This document shows positions 28,907 to 38,864 of a DNA stretch of 64,000 bases, in pieces. The translations under genes and the position numbers were made by a program. The DNA lies in the sequence record OR413585.1. One strand, written 5' to 3'. The notes under the pieces are model-generated. The model worked only from the letters and a program-made list of their open reading frames with translations. It ran no database searches and was not told the origin of the DNA. Position 1 is the first letter of the stretch; each line of letters starts with the position of its first letter.

Positions 28907-29173
28907 ATGTCTAGTGTTGAAGCAGTAATCTATTTTGAAAACGATGGGGTCGCGGGGTGCGGCTTCCCGAAGACAGCTGGGGTTAAATCTCTGTTGGCAA
29001 AGTATAAAGAAGAGCTTAAGAAAACGGCAGGGCAGAACCCTGGCGTGCCACTGCGTAGTGTTTTTCCTGAGATGGAGAAGGCTGCAAAAGTTGATCCGGT
29101 GTTGGGTATGTTCTGCGGGATGATCAAAGAGCGATTCCCTGACATTGATAAGTACCACATTACGCTGGTGTAA
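28907..29173 (+). CDS. Small hypothetical protein
   Basis: ATG 28907 with AAGGAG SD. Confidence 0.7.
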   Translation: MSSVEAVIYFENDGVAGCGFPKTAGVKSLLAKYKEELKKTAGQNPGVPLRSVFPEMEKAAKVDPVLGMFCGMIKERFPDIDKYHITLV

Positions 29174-29207
29174 TTATTATAGAGTAGCTCTATAATGAGG
29201 TTCGAGC

Positions 29208-29510
29208 ATGGTAAAGTTCATTGTTGTCAATATGGATTTTGAGCGTAGTGTGCGTTTTCGCTTTGAGTTACCTGAAAACAAAGCGACTGAAGCTTTCTTA
29301 GCCGACTTCCACAAAGCCAAAACCGCGATCAGTCATGGACGTCGCTGGCAAATCTTCTATAACGCCCGTAAAGGCCTCCTGAAGGCGTTAAAAGCAGCAA
29401 AGGATACAAAGGTATTGGAAAAGCTAGAACCTTTCCAGAACGACCCTCTGGCGATTGGTATCATGCTCGACGAACTGGTTAATAAACCCAAAGCTGCTGC
29501 AGAAGATTAA
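29208..29510 (+). CDS. Small hypothetical protein
   Basis: 100 aa, GAGG SD, ends at a bidirectional terminator. Confidence 0.7.
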   Translation: MVKFIVVNMDFERSVRFRFELPENKATEAFLADFHKAKTAISHGRRWQIFYNARKGLLKALKAAKDTKVLEKLEPFQNDPLAIGIMLDELVNKPKAAAED

Positions 29511-29569
29511 AAAAGAAAAGGTACCTCTCCCCGAAGGGAGAGGTAAACCTTATTTCTTTTTCTTTTTTT
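29508..29569. terminator. Bidirectional terminator between convergent genes
   Basis: A-tract, tacctctccc-cgaa-gggagaggta, T-tract. Confidence 0.8.
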
Positions 29570-29571
29570 GT

Positions 29572-32316
29572 TTAGAGGACGTTGTCTGGGTTGTCGTCGG
29601 TAGTTCCTTCACCACCTTCTGTGCCTTCCGTTCCCTCGGTAGTTGTTTCCGTGGTTTCGGTCGACTCAGTAGTTTCCTCCGTACTATCACCACCGGTGCC
29701 GTTATCCGTATCGAGATCGAGGTCTAAATCATCGTCACCCCCACCGCCGAGATCCCCATCGCCACCATCGGTGTCACCGCCCGCATCAAAACCACCACCG
29801 AATCCGCCGGAAGCATCGTTAGGATCAAGGTCGGCATTCTTCGCTAACGTTTCCAGTCGCCCGGTGAAACGTTTCGCCAATTGAATCAGCGTTTTCGAAG
29901 CAGCCATCGCTTCATCAGTCATCATGGTGATGTTGTCCTGACGAGAATCATCGTCGTAAACCAGATCGAAGAAGTCGGTTTCAATACCTTGTTTACGCAG
30001 CCAGTTGCGCGTATAGAAGGACTTGATCATCGTCTTCAGATCGTTCGGGTCCATCGAGATGCCTTCTTGCTGGAGTTGCGCAGCAATGTCATCCGTTACA
30101 ACCAGATCAGCCAGCTTCTCAAAGAACTCCGTACGTTTATCGAACAGCTCCATCTGCGAAGCTGCTGCCGATGTGTCGGGTGGTGGTAAGGTTACTTTCA
30201 TACCGTTGATAAACGCAGCCAGATACTCAGAGACCTTTTTCGTAATCTGGTCAGTAGTCATCCCATTGCCGTTAGCATTGATGTACTCTGCAATGATTTT
30301 AATCATCGCTGATTGCAACGACGGAGAGGCCAACATCCCATTAACTACGTAACGTGTCAGTGGCTTAGAGAGAATCTCTTGCTTCTTAACAACCTGCTGG
30401 GTGACCAGTAACGATTTAGAGAAGATCTGTGAAGCAAACTCGATGTTCTCGGGGGTCATTACCAGGTCAGGGTCAACACCTGCGATGTGACATGTACGAC
30501 GTAACAGACCTTCGTCGAAATCCTTATCCGGGTATTTATAATCCGGCGTAGTATCCGACACAGACACTTTGGTACTACCGTAGTAGTCGTTACCAATAAC
30601 GTTAAACGCAATACCTGCGTTTGTCGTCATTGCCCAGGTGTCGTTCATGTCCCCCCACATCGGTTGACGACGGTTATAGGAGTTCATGATGTCTGTTTTC
30701 AGCTGGTCAATTGTTTTCTGACCGTTCATGTCATCTGGTGCCAACTCAATGTCGTACTGCATGTGACGTGCAGAGTTCAACACCGCAGAGTTCATGGTAG
30801 CGAACAACAGCGCCATACGGACAGTAGAGATAACGAACGAGCGTTCGGTAATAGATACACCGATACCATCTTCATCAAAGTCCGTGGCAAAATAGCAAAG
30901 GTTTTCCGCAGGAATATAAATAACCTGCGTATGACGTTTTGCCAGATGGCGCGCCAGCATGATACGGCTGAACGTTTCGGTTACTGTCATGCTAATCTCA
31001 GCACCACCCAACGCCTCACCCAACGCTTTTGTCAGCTGGTCTTCAGCAATCTCACCATAACGCGCTGTTAAGCGGTTAGCAATGTCTGGTGTGATTCGGG
31101 TTGTGTTGCCCATCCCCAGATTCGCGCGGTTGATTGTCGAATCTACCATACCGTCGTTGTTCAGGTAGTTCATGAAGTTCGCATCCCCGTAAAGTGTGGA
31201 ACGCGAGTTAATGAAGTTACCCATTTCGTCAACGATGGCCAGATAACCTATGGGGTTACGAACATCGTCACCGATAACGAGTGGGAGTGTGGACTCTGCT
31301 GGCAGTAATCGTTCCGTGTATTCGATTTTGTTGGCATCGGAGAAACTCATCTTCGGTACTTCGCCGTAAAGCTTTTGCTCAGGCGTTTTCTGGTACGCTT
31401 CGTTGAGGTCGCCGATGTTGATTAAACCGAGTTTTGCCTTCTCTTGTTCGCTGTCTGTGAACTGGTCAGCGTTATACTCTGACGCACCTGTCGGCGTAGA
31501 AGGTTGTTCATATGCGTACTGCTCTAACTGACCGAACAGGCCGGTGCGAGCATTCTCCTGTGCCACACGGCGATAAGCCTCTGGTAGCAGGGTAATACGC
31601 GGGTTGTCGGTGATAACGATATCCAGGGAAGCTAACATACCGTCTGCTTTAAACGGACTGTTAGGGGCTGCTGCAAAGTTAAGTTTAATGGTTTGTGGCT
31701 TGGTGGGCTTGTCAGCGCCACGTGCACGACCCAGAATACTTTCTACACCAACCTTCGGTTTGTTTTCACCGCCAATCTTGCCCAGGATACCCAACTGACG
31801 TTCAAAGAAGTCAGATTGGCTACGGCGCAACGATTCGGTTGCAACAGACGGCTTTAAGCCGAAGAGTTCATCGAATCCGGTATCTGAAATCAGCAACACC
31901 GGGCTCGCGCCTTTGGATTTCAGTGCATCGTAAATCCACTGATACAGTTTGTTGGGTAACTGGCGCGTGTGGTCATGGAATTCACGCACGGGTTCTAACA
32001 ACTGTTGACGCAGGTCGATCGGGATATCAGCCACGTTGTCGTAAATCAGCGTGGTGTTAATCAAATCTTTTGTGGACAGGAGCGAGGAGGTCGCGATGGT
32101 AACAATGACCTCTAACTCAGGGAGCGCATCAAAGATACGTTCGGCATTTTTAACGGTGCGAATGCGGCTACTCGCAATGCCCGTGAGTTCTGTACGGGTT
32201 GGTGTAACGCCGCCATCTTCACGCTTACCGCGTTGCTGCTGAGCCGACGGGCTCGTGGACTTACGCAGTATGGCAGCTACCGCGGGGTCGCCCGTTAATT
32301 TACTAATATCTTCCAT
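29572..32316 (-). CDS. Portal protein (phiKZ gp129/SPN3US gp81-like)
   Basis: 914 aa; ATE-161 and AQE-254 processing motifs; long acidic G/D/T/E tail; synteny. Confidence 0.8.
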   Translation of the reverse strand: MEDISKLTGDPAVAAILRKSTSPSAQQQRGKREDGGVTPTRTELTGIASSRIRTVKNAERIFDALPELEVIVTIATSSLLSTKDLINTTLIYDNVADIPIDLRQQLLEPVREFHDHTRQLPNKLYQWIYDALKSKGASPVLLISDTGFDELFGLKPSVATESLRRSQSDFFERQLGILGKIGGENKPKVGVESILGRARGADKPTKPQTIKLNFAAAPNSPFKADGMLASLDIVITDNPRITLLPEAYRRVAQENARTGLFGQLEQYAYEQPSTPTGASEYNADQFTDSEQEKAKLGLINIGDLNEAYQKTPEQKLYGEVPKMSFSDANKIEYTERLLPAESTLPLVIGDDVRNPIGYLAIVDEMGNFINSRSTLYGDANFMNYLNNDGMVDSTINRANLGMGNTTRITPDIANRLTARYGEIAEDQLTKALGEALGGAEISMTVTETFSRIMLARHLAKRHTQVIYIPAENLCYFATDFDEDGIGVSITERSFVISTVRMALLFATMNSAVLNSARHMQYDIELAPDDMNGQKTIDQLKTDIMNSYNRRQPMWGDMNDTWAMTTNAGIAFNVIGNDYYGSTKVSVSDTTPDYKYPDKDFDEGLLRRTCHIAGVDPDLVMTPENIEFASQIFSKSLLVTQQVVKKQEILSKPLTRYVVNGMLASPSLQSAMIKIIAEYINANGNGMTTDQITKKVSEYLAAFINGMKVTLPPPDTSAAASQMELFDKRTEFFEKLADLVVTDDIAAQLQQEGISMDPNDLKTMIKSFYTRNWLRKQGIETDFFDLVYDDDSRQDNITMMTDEAMAASKTLIQLAKRFTGRLETLAKNADLDPNDASGGFGGGFDAGGDTDGGDGDLGGGGDDDLDLDLDTDNGTGGDSTEETTESTETTETTTEGTEGTEGGEGTTDDNPDNVL

Positions 32317-32327
32317 TGGGGTCTCCG

Positions 32328-34511
32328 ATGCAGAGATTTAACATTTTTCGTGACCAGGCTATCCAGTTAGCGAAATCCCTGATTGTCAAATCAGAGAGCA
32401 TCGCACAACAGATGAACCTGGCAATAACCAAAAACGGCGGTTTCGTTTCCGAGAACCGTGAGACGTGGCGGTATTACCTACACTTAGCAGGTAAACGACA
32501 TGCAATCGACAAGCCGATATACATTACGTCACTCGACACGCAAGAGCAGATAGAGTTAACGACGCAGAACCTCTCCCGTCATAAAAAGACCTCAAACGTA
32601 TATCGTTCTAACCCGGAGTATATCGACGACTTAATCGCCGAGTATCCGGACTACGCAGTATACATTCGCGGCACTTTCAATCCGATTGATATTGCATACG
32701 CGATACGTGTCGATGACTGCTCAATTTTGTATTACGATCCTGCTTTAGTTGAACCGCAGGAGACGTCGTTAATTACACATATTGAGAACTTTATTCGTGC
32801 AGCACATGTGCGTTTCATGGCCGATGGCTGGAAAGTTCACAACGACTGTTTCGTACTGGCCTTTTACATGCAACAGTACCCGGTGTGGCCGGGGCTTATC
32901 ATGTACATCCGCAAACGGTTACAGTTTACGACCGAAACGCACTCCTACTACGTGACCGAGTTCTTGGCTTCACACCAAGAACTGCACGAGTTCATGCCGT
33001 ACCTGACCCTCAAGCAGAAATTCACACTGTATCGCAATATCCGTTACTGGGAACGTAACTCTGGTAAGGAAGAAATCTTTACCTGGATGATTGACACCCT
33101 GCTGACGGGTTGGGGTATGCCTGCTGTTGGATATAAGGTCGCCCAGCAGATTCACGACCCGACGACGGGCAGTGACGATGACCTGACACCACTCCCGATC
33201 GGCTACCAGTCATCGCTTAACTATACTGAACGTGACTCGGGCCGTGACCTGGACATTGTTAGCACAACTGACATCATCCAGAAAGAAATCAATCTGGCGT
33301 ACAATAACCCAGTGCACGAACCTGACTATCAGGAAGACCTCGATCGGCGTTTGAGCTTGACGCAGTATCCGAACCTGCCAACGAAGTTAGTTGAGGTAAC
33401 GGCGATTGACCCAGAGGCCATCGAACGTTGGGAATTTATGCATGGCTTGTTCAACGAGTGGATGCATATCGTGGCACGTGGACAGTACAACATTTACCAC
33501 GAAATTCTTAACCCAACGAACGGGGATACGCTAAAGCTCACTTCAAAAGAGCTGCTGGCACTGTTCTTGTATGCGAGCTTCAAAGGTTATTCGGGTGTAG
33601 CACTGGATAAAATCCCGGTGTGGAACGTGTTTGGTGTGCTAATCAAACGCTGGGTTGGTTTTGATGAGATGGAGCAGCATCTGCCAAGCTCATGGCCCGG
33701 CCGTTTTAATGCGTTGATTAACTATTACACGGACACGCATCATGAAGTTATCGGTAATTTGATGTCTGCAGATGAGTTGTACGATGAAATTAGCGAAATC
33801 ATGGTGCAGAAGCGTCGTCGTTACCGTTACTCGTATAATCGACACAAGCTAGCCGACCGTGCTGCCGGCACAATGCTGTTTACCTACCACTACCGTGACT
33901 ATAAGTGCGATCTTGACTTACCTTACCGCGATTACGACGAGTTCTTCAAAACGTTTGGTTTTGATTACGAGTTAGTCTCCGCGGAAACCTGGCAGGACAT
34001 CGCCACTGACGCTCTAAACGTGGCCACTAATCTGGAAACACGTGCGTCTGTCTCACAAGCTGAAATACAACGCGCGATGGTGCGGTTAATGACGAAACTC
34101 TCGTCGTATACTGTCCATTTTGCCGCACGTATGGGTTCTGACACCTACGATGTCACCGACCCAGTCATCCCGATTCTGGATGATATTCTCACAGAGGCTG
34201 CCGATACAACAAATATCATTTACCCTCTGACAGACGTGCAGCGTGTGAGCCGTAGTTCATTCATGACGACGGATAAACCCATCCCTGTCGCTCCCGTGAT
34301 AAAGGAAATGGCAATCCCGCAACGTATTAAGTTGCGGATGAATGTCTACCCTGGTATCCGTGTGAAGGTCGAGCAGGATGTTGTGGTCGATATGGTACAG
34401 CCGTCTATCGACGTTGTCCGTGTGCGTACGTCATTTGAGGAGTGGACGCTTGCCGAGCGCGTAGCCGACCGTGACATGGATGGCTTCCGGCTAGACCAAT
34501 TACCAAAGTGA
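32328..34511 (+). CDS. Conserved virion (baseplate-region) protein
   Basis: ATG 32328 (track TTG 32316); about 727 aa; SPN3US gp82 position. Confidence 0.7.
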   Translation: MQRFNIFRDQAIQLAKSLIVKSESIAQQMNLAITKNGGFVSENRETWRYYLHLAGKRHAIDKPIYITSLDTQEQIELTTQNLSRHKKTSNVYRSNPEYIDDLIAEYPDYAVYIRGTFNPIDIAYAIRVDDCSILYYDPALVEPQETSLITHIENFIRAAHVRFMADGWKVHNDCFVLAFYMQQYPVWPGLIMYIRKRLQFTTETHSYYVTEFLASHQELHEFMPYLTLKQKFTLYRNIRYWERNSGKEEIFTWMIDTLLTGWGMPAVGYKVAQQIHDPTTGSDDDLTPLPIGYQSSLNYTERDSGRDLDIVSTTDIIQKEINLAYNNPVHEPDYQEDLDRRLSLTQYPNLPTKLVEVTAIDPEAIERWEFMHGLFNEWMHIVARGQYNIYHEILNPTNGDTLKLTSKELLALFLYASFKGYSGVALDKIPVWNVFGVLIKRWVGFDEMEQHLPSSWPGRFNALINYYTDTHHEVIGNLMSADELYDEISEIMVQKRRRYRYSYNRHKLADRAAGTMLFTYHYRDYKCDLDLPYRDYDEFFKTFGFDYELVSAETWQDIATDALNVATNLETRASVSQAEIQRAMVRLMTKLSSYTVHFAARMGSDTYDVTDPVIPILDDILTEAADTTNIIYPLTDVQRVSRSSFMTTDKPIPVAPVIKEMAIPQRIKLRMNVYPGIRVKVEQDVVVDMVQPSIDVVRVRTSFEEWTLAERVADRDMDGFRLDQLPK

Positions 34512-34518
34512 GAGACTT

Positions 34519-35046
34519 ATGGGATACCGTATAGATTTATCAAAAACCCCGAAACAGATTCTGGTTGAGAGAATCAATTACGTTTTTAAGTTATCGTATA
34601 GTGAAAATAACTACGAGTTTAACCCACGTGGGGTGTGGCCGTTGACCCAAGCAGAGCGACGCGCTAAAGGTGTGGAGTCTAAAGTTGCGGCGCGCTTTGT
34701 AAATGGGGTACACGGCACTCAAGAGTTTTACCTGACTCGCGCGGACTTAAACAAGTTACTTAAAGACGTAACGGTTGAAGTCCCGAAGGGTGCGGCGGAA
34801 TGGAGCCATGAATTAGTTCCGTATATTGTCGATGAGCTGGGTCTCCAGCTTGACACCTACGACATCATGGTTGAACCGATTACCCCAGAAATGGAATCGT
34901 ATGAGGCGCGCTTAATCCCGCACCATCTATCTTTCAAAGGCACGATTGCGATTACTTTTGTTGACCCAACTCCCCGTAAGCTGGCGCAGCTGGTAACTAA
35001 ACGGGCACTCGACGGGTTTCGCCCAGGAGAATTTTTAAATGGCTAA
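34519..35046 (+). CDS. Virion protein with the phiKZ-family tail/baseplate repeat domain
   Basis: LVERIN...YLTRADL...LGLQL pattern shared with 39346 and 57071. Confidence 0.6.
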   Translation: MGYRIDLSKTPKQILVERINYVFKLSYSENNYEFNPRGVWPLTQAERRAKGVESKVAARFVNGVHGTQEFYLTRADLNKLLKDVTVEVPKGAAEWSHELVPYIVDELGLQLDTYDIMVEPITPEMESYEARLIPHHLSFKGTIAITFVDPTPRKLAQLVTKRALDGFRPGEFLNG

Positions 35047-35926
35047 CACCAAAGTTTACGATGGTAAACTGTCAACAGTGACTCTTAACGCGATGCGACT
35101 TACGACCGCGTTATTGACAGGTGCTGACGTGCAGTACCCGCAGAAATCTACGATGAACGAGTTTTATAAACTCATGACCGCGAAGGTTCCCGATGGCGCT
35201 ACACGTCCGCATTTAGGATACATGTGCGTAGGTAATCGCGGACACATCGTTGATCAATCTGATGTTGTGGCAGACGTTGTTCCTGTCGCGAAATCCCCGA
35301 TTACATCAGGGATGTTCTCGCGTGTTCCATTGGTACTGCGTACATTGGATAATGACTTATCTGATGAACAACGTAAACAGTACGCTTTCCGTACTCGTGA
35401 AACTATCGGCGCGCGGGATTACTGGGCGTATTATCTGAAACGTATCGACATGCGCGCAGTGAAGACCACTGACCTGGACATCACTCGCGAAAACGGCATC
35501 GAAACCGTCAAAGATTTCGTCTATACCGATGCGGAACTGAACCCGGTACCGAAAGAACTCCCAGACTACGATTACGACGATGACGGCACTGTAGAGATCC
35601 CCGACGGTCGTTATGTTGAATCGGGCGCAGACCTGGTGATTCCATGGACTGAGTTTGATGTTCAGGAATACATGAACGTGACGGCGATTCTACGTGGCAC
35701 GCCGCGCAGTTCGATTATCTCTGAAATTGCGTTGTGCTCTGGCGTTGATACCCCTGAAACGGGTGAGTCGGCTACCGGTTCACAGTTCAGCTACGACGAA
35801 GCTATCGGTGTGCAAGCGTTGTACTACATCTCTCTGTTCACTAACCTGGCACAGACCAACGATCGTCTGTCACTGACCATCCGTATCGGCCAGCCAGCAC
35901 CGTGGTTCTTAGGGACAGCTAACTGA
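35039..35926 (+). CDS. Conserved virion structural protein
   Basis: 295 aa, coupled within the structural operon. Confidence 0.65.
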   Translation: MANTKVYDGKLSTVTLNAMRLTTALLTGADVQYPQKSTMNEFYKLMTAKVPDGATRPHLGYMCVGNRGHIVDQSDVVADVVPVAKSPITSGMFSRVPLVLRTLDNDLSDEQRKQYAFRTRETIGARDYWAYYLKRIDMRAVKTTDLDITRENGIETVKDFVYTDAELNPVPKELPDYDYDDDGTVEIPDGRYVESGADLVIPWTEFDVQEYMNVTAILRGTPRSSIISEIALCSGVDTPETGESATGSQFSYDEAIGVQALYYISLFTNLAQTNDRLSLTIRIGQPAPWFLGTAN

Positions 35927-36576
35927 TGCTGATTCCTGAGCCGAGGTTACCCGACAGTATGGTGAGGATTGCGGCTGTTGACCCCGGTACCGCCCATCTT
36001 GGGATGGCGGTTATCGACTGGGAATTTGGCCAACCTCAAGGTGAAGTTGTCTGGGCGGGAACGGCTCATGTTGCGGACCCTACGCACAATAGCGCCTTTG
36101 GCGAGTGCGTAGGGAAACGTGATGCGCGTTTGGTGGAATTAGAAGAACGCTTTCGCGAGTTTTTAAAACTGGCAAGGCCGACTTTTGTCGCTACCGAAAC
36201 TCCATTCATGCGAAGAGCTAAGCTCTCAGCGTACGAGTCTGGGGTGGAGTTGCAACTGATGTTGCGGCGAACGCTTTGGGACGTGTTTCCCGAAAAATAT
36301 CTCCATGGGTTTAATCCTATTATTGTGAAGTCGTACGTTGGTGTGGAAGCAAAGGGTACAGATAAATCGCATATGCAGCAAGCGGTTACCAAGCTCTACG
36401 CTAACCATACCCGGTGCGACTTATCGGTATTGGATGAACACAGTATCGATGCCGTGGCGGTGGGTAATATCTTCGTCAGGGTCAACTTATTAAACCTAAA
36501 TAGTCTCCTTCCGCCCAAGGTTAAAGTTCCTAAAGCTAAGGCCGGTAAGCAGAAAGGAAGACGCCGGAGGAAATAG
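35926..36576 (+). CDS. ruvC: RuvC-like Holliday junction resolvase
   Basis: IAAVDPGTAHLG (catalytic D), ATETPF (E), HSIDAVAVG (D). Confidence 0.85.
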   Translation: MLIPEPRLPDSMVRIAAVDPGTAHLGMAVIDWEFGQPQGEVVWAGTAHVADPTHNSAFGECVGKRDARLVELEERFREFLKLARPTFVATETPFMRRAKLSAYESGVELQLMLRRTLWDVFPEKYLHGFNPIIVKSYVGVEAKGTDKSHMQQAVTKLYANHTRCDLSVLDEHSIDAVAVGNIFVRVNLLNLNSLLPPKVKVPKAKAGKQKGRRRRK

Positions 36577-36578
36577 CG

Positions 36579-37151
36579 ATGTCGCAGTCTTTGCAAGAAG
36601 CCTCGACGGATGTGTTGGATGTTCTTATCCAGGCGGGCACCAATAAATTAAGCCTGGAAGAGAGTAACCGACTAAAAACAGCCGCCCAGACCGCTTTGGG
36701 AAGTGATGTTGAAATTGATGTCACTAAACCTGCTAACGTGATTCTTACTTCTTTACGCCCCCTCATTCTTGAGCAGGTGGGGAACATGGCGAAAACGTTT
36801 GAATCGCAAGCAAAAGCCGCCGTAGAAAGCATGGATGAAAAGCTCGCCAAAGAAACGTTATTGACCCTGTGGCCAAATTTGAAAGGTCCGCAGAAAGTCC
36901 TTATCGTTTTGTTGGTGCTGACCACTGTGGTGATTACTGGCGCGATGGCCTGGGACACGCACCTGCATTATCCACAGGAGTTAACGGATGTGCTGATTGT
37001 GGCGCTCTTACCTTTGTTTGCTCAGGCCGTGTTCTTTACATGGCCGATTAAGACGCTTGCTTACAATTCGATGGCCATTGGTGCCAAAGTTGTTGAATAC
37101 AAGCTGAATAAGAGCAACGCGAAGCAACAGACTACCGCACCTAAAGTGTAA
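36579..37151 (+). CDS. Membrane protein with two predicted TM helices
   Basis: VLIVLLVLTTVVITGAMAW and VLIVALLPLFAQAVFFTW; GGAGG SD. Confidence 0.7.
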   Translation: MSQSLQEASTDVLDVLIQAGTNKLSLEESNRLKTAAQTALGSDVEIDVTKPANVILTSLRPLILEQVGNMAKTFESQAKAAVESMDEKLAKETLLTLWPNLKGPQKVLIVLLVLTTVVITGAMAWDTHLHYPQELTDVLIVALLPLFAQAVFFTWPIKTLAYNSMAIGAKVVEYKLNKSNAKQQTTAPKV

Positions 37152-37157
37152 TTAAGC

Positions 37158-37200
37158 CCTCTTCTCCTCCGGGAGAAGAGGCTTCTTATTTTTTTTTATT
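37158..37200 (+). terminator. Intrinsic terminator
   Basis: cctcttctcc-tccg-ggagaagagg plus T-tract, overlapping TTAC-N15-TGTG (37199-37221). Confidence 0.8.
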
Positions 37201-37247
37201 ACGTCTACGTAAATTACTGTGTAAGCACGACCCAAAAGGAATATAAA

Positions 37248-37886
37248 ATGCAATTACAATTTCGTCAACGGTCTGTACTACTACCGTTTAGCGCTATATT
37301 AGGTTCGTTTACCAAAATGCTGTCTGTGGATTTTACTGCAGCTGAGAAAGAAGCGCTGTTATTGGCGGCAGTCGAAGAAGTATTGTGGGAGGTGTTTTAC
37401 GTAGTGCCGTTTCGTAGCTGCTTAAACGCCCCGTATGTTGAAGGGCAGTTTGTCAGCGCGCTTTCCGCTGCAATTACCAAACGTAAACTAAATGCCATGG
37501 CACACGTCAAAGAGATCACCGCGCAACGAGGACGGATATTCGCTACCGTCAGAAATGTGTTAATTAAAGAAGGGTTTCTTGCAGATGCGTTAGGTCCCGA
37601 AGTTCCTTGGGAACCGGGTCATCCGCCGCGTCAGTTTGACCACGGGTACAAGTTAAGTATAATTATGCCACGCGGTAAGCGTGACGTCTCATTGGGGAAA
37701 TGGTTACAGATAAGTTGGGTTCGTCCTACTATCGATTGGCAAGAAATGTCGGTCAATCGCTATCTGGAACACCTGGCAAAAACACCGGCACAGTTTCACC
37801 GTTCAACAATCCTGCCGCTGCACTTGCTGTTAAAACCGTCCCTGTCATTGGCAGAAGCCAGATACCTGCTTAGTGGAGAGAAGTGA
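37248..37886 (+). CDS. Hypothetical protein
   Basis: 212 aa, AAGGA SD. Confidence 0.75.
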   Translation: MQLQFRQRSVLLPFSAILGSFTKMLSVDFTAAEKEALLLAAVEEVLWEVFYVVPFRSCLNAPYVEGQFVSALSAAITKRKLNAMAHVKEITAQRGRIFATVRNVLIKEGFLADALGPEVPWEPGHPPRQFDHGYKLSIIMPRGKRDVSLGKWLQISWVRPTIDWQEMSVNRYLEHLAKTPAQFHRSTILPLHLLLKPSLSLAEARYLLSGEK

Positions 37887-38368
37887 TGCTTGTTATTAAT
37901 GTGGTCGAGGATAAGATTCCCGCGAATGTTTATCCTGAACTGGTTGAATGGGTGCGCGACTTAAACAGTATCCGCGAGGAGCCTATTAAACTCACGATGT
38001 TTGTTGAGGATGATATCGTGCGGGGAATCATGGCATGGGAACCTGGCCATTTGGTCTATATGGTTGTGCCCGAGGAATCGCGACGCGGCGGCGTCGGCAG
38101 ATTTATGCTTAAGTATCTTCAGCAGAACTCCGATCGTAAACACATCAGCTGTCGTGTTCACCCGACCAACATTCCCGCGCTAGGATTCTTTCACCAACAA
38201 GGCTTCCAGATTGACCGATGGTATATTGCTGCTGACGGCCAACGGTATTTTCGTATGACGAACTACAATGTTATTTCGTCACACACGCCGCCGGAGGAAA
38301 AGCTTTTAACTCATTACGCTGAAAGCGTTCCCATTTTTCTTTCGATGGCAGAAGGTCATTTCGTCTAA
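37883..38368 (+). CDS. GNAT-family N-acetyltransferase
   Basis: MVVPEESRRGGVGRFML (AcCoA motif A), RVHPTNIPALGFFHQQGF (motif B). Confidence 0.85.
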   Translation: MMLVINVVEDKIPANVYPELVEWVRDLNSIREEPIKLTMFVEDDIVRGIMAWEPGHLVYMVVPEESRRGGVGRFMLKYLQQNSDRKHISCRVHPTNIPALGFFHQQGFQIDRWYIAADGQRYFRMTNYNVISSHTPPEEKLLTHYAESVPIFLSMAEGHFV

Positions 38369-38385
38369 ACGAGCGAGAGTGTATA

Positions 38386-38862
38386 ATGATACGTGTTGCT
38401 TACGAAACACGAGATACGGATGGAACCCGTATAAACGTCATCCGCCGTGTGGAGCTTGTTCCTCAGCATGAACTGAATATTGCAGACAGTTCGCTTAGGG
38501 GCACTCCTGTTAAGATTCTGAATCTTACGAGATGTTCTTTTCATCACAGTAAGACATCACCAGCAATACGGTCCAGTAAAAGAAAAAGTTATGCCGATTT
38601 AAAACGTCGGTTGTCCCGGCATTTTCGTCGGAGTGCCTGGAAGGCTTTAGTTGAGGTTTTGGTCGACGAGCACCTTATCCAGAGGTTGGAGTGGGAAGAA
38701 GTTCTCAAGGAAGCGGGCTATCCAACAAAACCTTTCTCTTATCACTGGCATCACTTCAAAAAACAGTTCCATGATGCCTTACAGGTATCGCCAAACACCC
38801 GCAACATGATTCACCGTTTGGAGAAAATGGACTGGCTTCTACCCTATCTGGAAGAGGACTAG
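38386..38862 (+). CDS. Hypothetical basic protein
   Basis: 158 aa, in operon. Confidence 0.65.
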   Translation: MIRVAYETRDTDGTRINVIRRVELVPQHELNIADSSLRGTPVKILNLTRCSFHHSKTSPAIRSSKRKSYADLKRRLSRHFRRSAWKALVEVLVDEHLIQRLEWEEVLKEAGYPTKPFSYHWHHFKKQFHDALQVSPNTRNMIHRLEKMDWLLPYLEED

Positions 38863-38864
38863 AT

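Noticed and set aside
36579-37151. Definite holin call
   Set aside because: Two TMs alone are insufficient; no adjacent endolysin and no family motif.
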